From assembly GCA_041640295.1 (NCBI GenBank), contig JBEQAR010000004.1:3128-67127 (forward strand): DNA of 64,000 nucleotides, in the 5' to 3' direction. The notes beneath the pieces were generated by a model. That model worked only from the letters and a program-made list of their open reading frames with translations. It was not told the origin of the DNA and did not search any database. Positions 53,408-62,500 of this stretch are shown here, one piece after another. Made by a program: the position numbers and the translations under genes. Position 1 is the first letter of the stretch, and each line of letters starts with the position of its first letter. The stretch is from a bacterium. Lineage in GTDB: Bacteria; Patescibacteriota; Minisyncoccia; UBA6257; HR35.

Positions 53408-53920
53408 TTATCTACAAACAACAGGCCAGTTAAATGTTTTAAGATTAGCTAATTTATTTCTTACAACCCCTTGAGAATTAATAGAAGTTTTAACAAAAGT
53501 TGTTCCTCCAATAGTGGTGGCATTATTAGTAGTAGCTAATCTTAAATTTAAGTAGCCACTTAAACCACTACCACTAAACACTCTTGATAAATGACAAAAT
53601 TTTGAAGTTCTGTTTAATTGATTTCTACCTTGGTATTGATCAAAACCACAAACACTAGTTCTATCAGAACTATAACAACTACCATCAGTACCTCTTGAAG
53701 TAGTATTAGCTAATAAATCAAAACCATTAAAAGTTATAGTTAAATATGCTATTTCTAAACCACTATTAGCAATATTTATTGCTTGATAATAATCTGTAGT
53801 TTCCCTAATAGATGTTAATAATTTAGTAATAGGAAGAAAAGAAATATATACTACTACTAACATAATAATAAGAGAAATAGTAGTTATGATAATAATTTGA
53901 CCCTTATTTTTTTTATACAT
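53408..53920 (-). CDS. Minor pilin/pseudopilin-like protein
   Basis: N-terminal hydrophobic helix after a basic stretch. Last gene of a four-gene same-strand cluster. Confidence 0.4.
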   Translation of the reverse strand: MYKKNKGQIIIITTISLIIMLVVVYISFLPITKLLTSIRETTDYYQAINIANSGLEIAYLTITFNGFDLLANTTSRGTDGSCYSSDRTSVCGFDQYQGRNQLNRTSKFCHLSRVFSGSGLSGYLNLRLATTNNATTIGGTTFVKTSINSQGVVRNKLANLKTFNWPVVCR

Positions 53921-53921
53921 T

Positions 53922-54503
53922 TTATTGAAAATAACAATCAGGAATACCGGTAAAACTATTAAATGGTTGAACTGTTAATTGAAGATTAAAGGGTATATGT
54001 AAGCCCTTAGTTAATAAACTATTAGCTTCTATAGATAACGTAACAGCTTTAGTTGAACTTATACGATAGTGTGGTTGACCAAATATATTTATGGTAGGAG
54101 TAGCAGGATTAAGTATTCCCCAAAGATTGATATTGAAATTTTTTATATCAATTAAATCCAAATCAGTTAAAGTAATTGTTGTGTTATCTTTTATTAACGC
54201 TAAATAACCAATATTTTCGGGTGAAGAAGCAAAAACTATTGTTTTAGTTGCACAATCTTGAGTGCTAATAAACATAATTCCTTGAGTAGTGGTTGATATA
54301 TTTTCACTGAATTTTAATTCATAATAAATTCTATCTAAGGCAGTTTTTAAATTTTGTAAAGCTAATAATTGATTATTAGTAATTAGATGAGTATTAACAA
54401 TTCCTAAATAAGAACTAATAATTGTTCCTAAGACAATTAAAAAGATAAATAAACCAAGTAATACTTCCTCTATAGTAAACGATTGGTTTATTTTTTTAAA
54501 CAT
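53922..54503 (-). CDS. Minor pilin-like protein
   Basis: QSFTIEEVLLGLFIFLIVLG prepilin-like N-terminus. Confidence 0.5.
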   Translation of the reverse strand: MFKKINQSFTIEEVLLGLFIFLIVLGTIISSYLGIVNTHLITNNQLLALQNLKTALDRIYYELKFSENISTTTQGIMFISTQDCATKTIVFASSPENIGYLALIKDNTTITLTDLDLIDIKNFNINLWGILNPATPTINIFGQPHYRISSTKAVTLSIEANSLLTKGLHIPFNLQLTVQPFNSFTGIPDCYFQ

Positions 54504-54533
54504 ATTTAATTTAAGATTAATGCAAACAAATTT

Positions 54534-55139
54534 TTACCGCTCTATTTTAGAAATATTATATATAATTCCTTTAATTTCTAAATTATTATTATCCCATTCT
54601 ATTTTACTAGTTACTATTACCGAGGTAGCATTTTCTATGTAGCTATTAGATTCAATAGTGATTAATCTTTTAAATTTAGTAGAAGTACCCGAAGGATTGA
54701 TAGAAAAAAATCCTTGACTATTTAAATATAGAGTTTGAGGTTCATCGCAAGATGAAGTAGCAAGATTGTAATCTAAGCAAAGTTTCGTTGTAGTAACGCC
54801 ATTTCCCCAACCACCCAACCAAGTAGAACTAGTGTATTCTTCACAATATGGATATTCTAAGTTACCACCCAAAATTTCTACAGAATTTCTACAACTATTA
54901 ATTGCATAATAATAATTTCGATAAGCCCTTACCAATTCTATACCTTCTAATGCTAAAAAATTAGCAATTATTCTATTATTTGCTGATTTTAGATTAATAA
55001 GATAGTTATAAACCAAAGTATAAAAACCTACAAAAGCAATTAAAAATACTAAAATAGCTAACAATGATTCTATAAGTAATTGTCCTCTATTTAGAAATAA
55101 TTTTTCCTGTTTTGAAAATAGTTGTTGTTGATCTTTCAT
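54534..55139 (-). CDS. Minor pilin-like protein
   Basis: GQLLIESLLAILVFLIAF prepilin-like N-terminus. Confidence 0.5.
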   Translation of the reverse strand: MKDQQQLFSKQEKLFLNRGQLLIESLLAILVFLIAFVGFYTLVYNYLINLKSANNRIIANFLALEGIELVRAYRNYYYAINSCRNSVEILGGNLEYPYCEEYTSSTWLGGWGNGVTTTKLCLDYNLATSSCDEPQTLYLNSQGFFSINPSGTSTKFKRLITIESNSYIENATSVIVTSKIEWDNNNLEIKGIIYNISKIER

Positions 55140-55740
55140 TATTTTTGATAAAAATTATATGAAAACTATCATCAAAGTTTAATTTATAACTATTAGAGCT
55201 AGTACTATAGAAACCTATTGGTTCACCCAATGGATTAATAAAAACTATAGAAGCAGTAGCAAAGTCAATTAAAGTATTAGTAGCTAATTTAATGTCTTCT
55301 ACCAGTTCTAAGTTTCTTATTAAAGCTTCAGATGATGAATTAGTAAAATTACCAGTTTTCGAGATGTAGATATTAGGACTATTGATTGAAAAATCAAAAG
55401 AATTAGGAGAAGTTGAAGCAATTTCCAAACAATCAATTACTGTTGAGCTAGAAATAGTAGCATAAGCAATTAAATAATATTTCTTTTCTTGACTATTTAA
55501 AACAATACCAGTACCGCACAAAGTAGAAGTTGTTCCTGATAAGTTGAATTCATTCCCCTTAGTGCTTAAATCTAAAACATATTTCAAATCCTGATTAAAT
55601 AAGAAAATATTTTCTTGAAATTTTCTGTATGATTTAGTAATATTACTTAAAGAAAAAAAGCTTCCCAAAATTACTGTAGTAATTAACAACACTGCGGTTG
55701 ATTCTAAAATAGTAAAAGCTAAATTTGTTTTATTTTTCAT
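55087..55740 (-). CDS. Minor pilin-like protein
   Basis: LAFTILESTAVLLITTVILG class III prepilin motif. Confidence 0.6.
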   Translation of the reverse strand: MKNKTNLAFTILESTAVLLITTVILGSFFSLSNITKSYRKFQENIFLFNQDLKYVLDLSTKGNEFNLSGTTSTLCGTGIVLNSQEKKYYLIAYATISSSTVIDCLEIASTSPNSFDFSINSPNIYISKTGNFTNSSSEALIRNLELVEDIKLATNTLIDFATASIVFINPLGEPIGFYSTSSNSYKLNFDDSFHIIFIKNNERSTTTIFKTGKIISK

Positions 55741-55848
55741 TATTTTATATTATAACACAAAACAATAATTATTAGTCTATCTTTAATATCAATTAATTAC
55801 TGGTTAAAATTTGTTAAAATTATTCAATTTAACTAAAATTTTTATATT

Positions 55849-56733
55849 ATGGTCTATTTATTAATAGGAGGGGATAACTATTTTATAAAAGAAAAAATAA
55901 AAGAAATAGCGGGTGATAATTATTATTCATTTTCTTTAAAAAAAGATAAAGATTATTTATTACAAATAGAAAGCTTGATTAACCAAAAACTTTTCTCCTT
56001 CCCACCATTTATTGTTTTATTTGATTTAGATAAAATAGAATTTAAAGATGAGATATTTTCAAAAATCAGTAAAGGAAATTTCATTTTAATTTTTAAAACC
56101 AAACCCCAAATTTTAATCAAAAAGTTTATTAAATTAGGTATCCCCTATCAAGAAATTAAAGTAGAAAACTTAAATTTTAGAAATGAACGAGATTTTAAAT
56201 TATTTTTAATTAATTATTTAAAAAATAAAAATATTTATTTATCAGAAAAAGTTATAAATGTTTTAGCAAAAATTTTCTTAGCTAATCCTGAGATACTTTT
56301 GAACGAATTAAAAAAAATAGAATTTGTTAAGTTAAATCAAGAAGAAATTTTAAGCTTAATCAAATGGCCAAATGATTCAATGATTTTTCAATTAGTAGAT
56401 GATTTACTTGATGATAAATATTCCGATTTTATTTTGAGACTAAAACGAGAATTAGGTTTTGGTAATTCTTTAAACAATATTCTTTCGTTAATTTATAAAA
56501 CTTTGATTCGAATTTATCTTTTGAAAAAAGCTTATAGTGTTAAGCAAGAAAATGCTTTAGGTTTAAATCCTTATTATAAAGAAATTTTAAAGAGAAAAGC
56601 ACAAAAAATTTCAGAAAAGAAAATTAATTATTTAATTAAAATAGTTAGCGAAATAGATAGAAAATATAAAAAATTTATTATTAATGAAAACGAAGCTGTT
56701 TATTATCTGGCAGAATTGCTCAACTCAAAATAA
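55849..56733 (+). CDS. holA: Probable DNA polymerase III delta subunit
   Basis: N-terminal VYLLIGGDNYFIKEKIKEI resembles HolA. All-helical C-terminus. 294 aa. Weak. Confidence 0.45.
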   Translation: MVYLLIGGDNYFIKEKIKEIAGDNYYSFSLKKDKDYLLQIESLINQKLFSFPPFIVLFDLDKIEFKDEIFSKISKGNFILIFKTKPQILIKKFIKLGIPYQEIKVENLNFRNERDFKLFLINYLKNKNIYLSEKVINVLAKIFLANPEILLNELKKIEFVKLNQEEILSLIKWPNDSMIFQLVDDLLDDKYSDFILRLKRELGFGNSLNNILSLIYKTLIRIYLLKKAYSVKQENALGLNPYYKEILKRKAQKISEKKINYLIKIVSEIDRKYKKFIINENEAVYYLAELLNSK

Positions 56734-56915
56734 TTCTTAAGACTACTTTCCAAATCATTAATTATTGTTTTCAATTCTTCAGTATTATTTTCTGGTAAAC
56801 TAGGCCTAACAAATAAATTCTTTAAATTGCTAAAATTTTTAACAAAAATGACAGTAAAAAAAGCAATAATGAAAATTATTATAACTAAATTAACGACTAA
56901 AGTTATTTTCTTCAT
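56703..56915 (-). CDS. Small membrane protein
   Basis: 70 aa with one TM, coupled to the upstream ORF. Confidence 0.25.
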   Translation of the reverse strand: MKKITLVVNLVIIIFIIAFFTVIFVKNFSNLKNLFVRPSLPENNTEELKTIINDLESSLKNYFELSNSAR

Positions 56916-57382
56916 TTTAATTCAATTTCAAATTTTAATTGATTATTTTCTAACTTACCCGTTAATTGATTAATTTCTATTTTTTTATTTTTTAAAAAAT
57001 TAATCAATTTTAAAAAATTATTTAAATCCGCCTTATCATTTAAAATGATTTTTGAGTCAGATAGAGAAATATCTATTTGATTACTTGAAGCAAAGGATAA
57101 AATCTCTTGATTAATTGCTGATTGATCTTTATTTAATTCTTCTTTAAGGTTTTCAAAATTAAAATTATATTTTTTTTCTAATTGACTAATTGTTGATCGA
57201 ATTTTAATTGTTTCTTTTTCTTTTTCCAATCTAGTTTCTTTTTCAATAATTAAATTATTAATTTCTTGAACTGAACTAAATATTTTTTTTGTTAAATAAT
57301 CAGTCAAAAAATAAATTGTTGTCAGAATAATAACAAAAATTGCGATAAGGATTATTAATCTTTTAACAAGATTTTGGACCAT
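56912..57382 (-). CDS. Membrane-anchored coiled-coil protein
   Basis: N-terminal TM then heptad-rich region. 156 aa. Confidence 0.35.
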   Translation of the reverse strand: MVQNLVKRLIILIAIFVIILTTIYFLTDYLTKKIFSSVQEINNLIIEKETRLEKEKETIKIRSTISQLEKKYNFNFENLKEELNKDQSAINQEILSFASSNQIDISLSDSKIILNDKADLNNFLKLINFLKNKKIEINQLTGKLENNQLKFEIELK

Positions 57383-57389
57383 TTAAAAA

Positions 57390-59297
57390 TTATAAGTTAT
57401 TTCTTTCTTCTTCCAAAAAGATGATCAATTCTTCTTTATTTATTTCTTTTTCCCTTTGAGCGAATTCTTCTAAGGGGGTTTTAATTAACTCTTTGATAAT
57501 TGGCTGGGGTTTAAGATTATATTTTTTATTAAATTGAAGTTGATAATTTCTCCTTCTTTCTGTTTCTTCAATTGCTTCTTTCATTGATTTTGTTATTTTA
57601 TTTGCATAGAGAATTACTTTTCCATTGATATTTCTTGAAGCTCGCCCGATAGCTTGAATTAAAGTAGTAGTATTTCTTAAAAATCCTTCTTTATCGGCAT
57701 CTAAAATACAAACCAAAGAAACTTCTGGTAGATCTAAACCTTCTCTTAATAAATTAACGCCAATCAAAATATCTATTTCCCCTTTTCTTAATTTTCTTAT
57801 AATTTCAGGTCTTTTTAAGGTTTTAATATCAGAATGGATATATTCAACCCTTAATTCATAATTTGCTAAAAATTCTGTTAAATTTTCAGCTGATTTTTTA
57901 GTTGCAGTTAAGATAAGAACTCTTTCTTTATTTTTTAATCTTACTTCGATTTCTCTTAATAAATCTATAATCTGGTTATCAGAAGGCCTGACTTCAACAA
58001 TCGGATCAGCAATAAATGTTGGTCGAATAAGTTGTTCTACTATTTGTTGAGAATGTTTTTTTTCAAAAGGCCCTGGTGTAGCTGAAACAAAAATTATCTG
58101 AAAATTTTTAGCAAAAAATTCATCAAAAGTTAACGGTCGATGATCAATTGCCGAAGGTAATCGCCAACCATATTCAACCAAAACTTCTTTTCTTTTTCGA
58201 TCACCGCGTGCCATTGCTTTAATTTGGGGAATAGTCAGATGAGATTCGTCAATAAAAATAATAGTTTCTGGAGGTAGATAATCCAAGATAGTATAAGGTG
58301 GTTCACCTGGTTGTTTGAAATTTAAATGTCTTTCATAGTTTTCAATTCCTTGACAATAACCTTTTGTTTTTAACATTTCAATATCAATCAATGTTCGTCT
58401 TTTTAATCTTTCGGCTTCAATTATTTTTCCTTCTTTTAACAATTGCCAATATCTTTCATCTAATTCTTGTTTAATATTACTAATTGCTATTTCTAATTTT
58501 TCTTTATCAGTTACAAATAATTTTGCTGGATAAATTTTAATTTTTTCTAAATCCATTTCAGAATCTCTTTTGATTATTAATCTCAAGCGATTATCAATTT
58601 TTTTTAAAATAGTCAATTTTTTAATTTCTTTAATAATATTACTCTCAACTTTAATAACAAAAAAATCATTAGCATTGGCGGAAACTATTTCTATTTGCTT
58701 TTCTTTTCTATTTAAAGAACTAATCTTAAATGTTCCTGCTTTAATTTCATCTTTTAATTTACCATATTGAAGAGTTTTTAGAGCAGAAATAAATTCTTTA
58801 ATATTTAAATGTTGATTTAATTTTACTTCTACGCCAACTCGTTGATATTCATCAGGATTTCCTATACCATAAAGACAGGAAACAGAAGAGACAACTATAA
58901 AATCTTGGTGATTTAAAATTGCCTGAATAGCTCCATGCCTTAATTGATCTAAGTATTCATTAATTCGGGCATCTTTAGCAATATAAGTATCAGTTTCTGG
59001 CAAATAAGCTTCAGGTTGGTAATAATCATAATAGCTAACAAAATAATGTATTTGATTAACAGGAAAAAAAGATTTAAATTCTTGATAAAGTTGAGCAGCC
59101 AACATTTTATTATGAGAAATAATAAAAGCAGGTCTTTTGGTTTTTTCAATAACCCAGGCTATGGTTGCTGTTTTACCACTTCCTGTCACCCCTAATAAGG
59201 TTTGATATCTATACCCCCTATTTAAACCATTAACCAACTTTTTAATTGCTTGTGGCTGATCTCCAGTAGGTTTTATATTTTGTGAAAAAATAAACAT
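57390..59297 (-). CDS. uvrB: Excinuclease ABC subunit B
   Basis: GVTGSGKTATIA Walker A, helicase motifs, beta-hairpin region. 635 aa. Confidence 0.93.
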   Translation of the reverse strand: MFIFSQNIKPTGDQPQAIKKLVNGLNRGYRYQTLLGVTGSGKTATIAWVIEKTKRPAFIISHNKMLAAQLYQEFKSFFPVNQIHYFVSYYDYYQPEAYLPETDTYIAKDARINEYLDQLRHGAIQAILNHQDFIVVSSVSCLYGIGNPDEYQRVGVEVKLNQHLNIKEFISALKTLQYGKLKDEIKAGTFKISSLNRKEKQIEIVSANANDFFVIKVESNIIKEIKKLTILKKIDNRLRLIIKRDSEMDLEKIKIYPAKLFVTDKEKLEIAISNIKQELDERYWQLLKEGKIIEAERLKRRTLIDIEMLKTKGYCQGIENYERHLNFKQPGEPPYTILDYLPPETIIFIDESHLTIPQIKAMARGDRKRKEVLVEYGWRLPSAIDHRPLTFDEFFAKNFQIIFVSATPGPFEKKHSQQIVEQLIRPTFIADPIVEVRPSDNQIIDLLREIEVRLKNKERVLILTATKKSAENLTEFLANYELRVEYIHSDIKTLKRPEIIRKLRKGEIDILIGVNLLREGLDLPEVSLVCILDADKEGFLRNTTTLIQAIGRASRNINGKVILYANKITKSMKEAIEETERRRNYQLQFNKKYNLKPQPIIKELIKTPLEEFAQREKEINKEELIIFLEEERNNL

Positions 59298-59527
59298 TAT
59301 GATAAAAATGTGGATAACTTAAATTAATTAATTACCCAATTGAAAAATTATATTAAAATCGTTATTTTTAATTAATTTTATCCATTAAATTCTTTCTTTA
59401 TTTCTTTCTTATTTTCTTTCTTATTTTTTTTGTAATTTATAATTTTACTATAACTATAATTAAATTATTTATTTAATTAATTATATAAAAATGGTCGATT
59501 ATTTTAAATTAAATTAATTTTTAAAAA

Positions 59528-62500
59528 ATGAAAAATCTAAAAAGAAAAACTTCAATATATTTTTTAATATTTTTGTTTGTTATTACCTCTTCACCTTTTA
59601 ATTTTTTGCTAAATAAAGACAATCCTAACAAAACTTATGCGCAATATAATAATACTGAAAGTATTATAAGAGATTTTATTAGATTAAATAATTTAGAAGT
59701 TATTCCTCCAGGACAAAAAGATCTTTTATTAACCGGTTTTCGTTTTGAAAATGTTCCAACAAATAGTAGCAGTACTATATATGTATCTTTAAGAAACTTA
59801 GGGGTTACAGGAGATCCAAATACCACTTATTTAGTTGATAGAAACATAATAAGATATAATCTTAATCAAACTGTTCAACAGAACGATGCTGTTGGTATAG
59901 AAGAACCACCATTAATTAATTACGAAGAATTAAAAGAGTTTGTTCTTTCTAATGAAAATATTGATAAACTAAAAATATCTGAAGGGATATGGAATGTTAG
60001 AAGTGAAGAAGATTTAGAAAATAATCAGACTGGCAATAGAGATATTAACTTAAATCAAAATCAACAATCATTAAATACAATTATAAGAGGGATTAGAAAT
60101 CTATCCAAAATTCAAGGAGAAGAAAATATTTCAAAAATAGCTGAAGATCTTTCTAATGATGGTGAAGCTCGAGTAATTATTAAATTAAACACAGGTATTC
60201 AAAGTGTTTATCCAACTATTCTACCTGCTATAAGAAAAACTAAATCACAACTTCAACAAGAATTTTCGGATAATAAAAATAGAGTTAGTAGAATAGCCTC
60301 AGAGGTAAAAAATATAATCAGGATTGGAGGAGGTGAGGTAAAGCTAGATGAAAGAAACTTCTATTTAACCGGTGGTTTAATAGTTGCCGAAGTTAACCAA
60401 AATACATTAAATAACTTAAATAATTCTAATAAAGTAGAAGCTATTTATCATGATTATAAAGTAAAAGTTTTTTTGGATGAATCGATATCACAAATAGGAG
60501 CTAATTTAGTTTGGAATCAAGGTGATAGGGAAAGCACGCCGCTAAGAGGTTTTGGAAAAAAAATAGCTATTATTGACACTGGCGTTGATTATACTCATCC
60601 ATTTTTAGGTGGTTGTTTTGGTTCTAATTGTAAAGTATATGGTGGTTGGGATTTTGCTAATAATGACGGTGATCCAATGGATGATCATTATCATGGTACA
60701 CATGTTGCTGGTATTGCTGCTGGTAAAGATCCAAATAATGTTTATAATGGTGTAGCGCCTGAGGCAAAAATATTAGCAGTTAAAGTTTTAAATGCCAATG
60801 GTTCTGGTTTTCATTCTAATGTTCTTGCGGGTATTAATTATGCTGTTGATCCAAATAGAGATGGAGACTTTTCTGATAGAGTTGATGTTATTAACCTAAG
60901 CTTAGGTGCAGATGTACCACCAGATCCTGAAACAGAAAGAGTAATTACTCAAGCGGTAGATAGAGGTGTTGTAGTTGTAGCTGCAGCTGGTAATTCAGGA
61001 CCATTAGGAAAGGTGGGTAGTCCTGCTAATTCGAGAGATGCTATTGCTGTTGCTGCTTCTTGTAAAACAATTGATATTGGTAATAATAATAGGTGTAGTA
61101 AACCAATTGCTAATTTTAGTTCGAGGGGTCCGATATATAATAATGGGGTAAATTATTTTAAACCAGATGTTGCTGCGCCTGGTGTAAGAATAATGTCATC
61201 ATTACCCGGAAATAGAATAAGAGCACTTAATGGAACATCTATGGCTTCACCGCATATTGCTGGCGTAGTGGCTATTTTAAGACAAGCCTTCCCTGATTTA
61301 ACTGCTAGAGAGATAAAAGAGATGGTTAAAAATTCCTCTCGTAATTTAGATAGTGATGGTAGATATGGTTTAACTTATGATGATCAAGGTAGCGGAGAGT
61401 TTGATTTTCGCCTAGCACCTGTTTTTGGTTTAGGTTTTTTAAGATTTGATCCACTTCCTTATATTCAGATTATTTCAGATCCTACCCAAAGATATACGAA
61501 TCGTGATTTCCAATTCAGAATTAGAGGATTAAACTATAGCGGATTGGTATTTGCTAGAGCTAGCTCAGTTCCAGGTGTTAATATTAATTTTCAAAATGAT
61601 AGATTTAATCTTAATAATAACCAAACTGTAAATTTTGATTTTTCCCTTAGGCTTGATAATGATTCATTACCCTTAAGCGATGATAAAATATTAACAGGTA
61701 TTCAATTTTTAGATGAAACTGGTCGAATTATTGGAATTATTCACTTAGAGATTAATTTAAGAAGGCAAATAGAAATTAACCCCGAAGTAATTGATTATGG
61801 TGTTTCTCCTGGATCTCTAAATAATTGGGCTTCGGAATGGATAACTCTAACTATCGTTAATAAAAGAAGAGATAGATCATTTACTTTTAATATAAACCCA
61901 CAACAACCTTCTGGAGTTTCTTTGGATTTCGGCCTCAGTAATACTAGCTTTAATCTTCCTCCAGGCGGATCTGTTAATTTAAATTCAAGGGCTTTAACTA
62001 ATTCAAATGCTCAAAGAGGCGAGCTTAATGGCAGATTATTATTTTTATCTACAGATGGCAGAAATGTTTCTATTCCAACTAAATTATTCAAAGGCTATGT
62101 TTTAGATATTACTACTTCAGATCAACCCGAACAAAGCTTAAACTCTTTGATGATTCATACAAAGCTGTCTAATTATAACAGTTTATTAATAGTAAGAAGC
62201 TTTAATCCTAATGAAAATATAAGAGTTTACCTACCTATAGATGGTCATTTTGATATAATTTTGAATAATTTTAAAGATTCATATTATTCTGGATTAGCAT
62301 TAGTCGATACTGAAAATGTCATTATACCTAAATCTATCTATATTAGTGGTGGCAATCCTATATACTCAATACACTTTAACAACAGAGAGGCAAATAGAAA
62401 AGTTACTTATAAATACTTCAATGAAAATAACGAAAGAATTCTTAGTTTTCTTCATCAAAATTTAATTTATTTTAAAACATGGCAACCGGAAAATAGGTAT

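Noticed and set aside
59298-59527. tttctttctt-type simple repeats between uvrB and the protease
   Set aside because: An AT-rich low-complexity spacer, likely promoter or UTR. No higher-order structure recognised.
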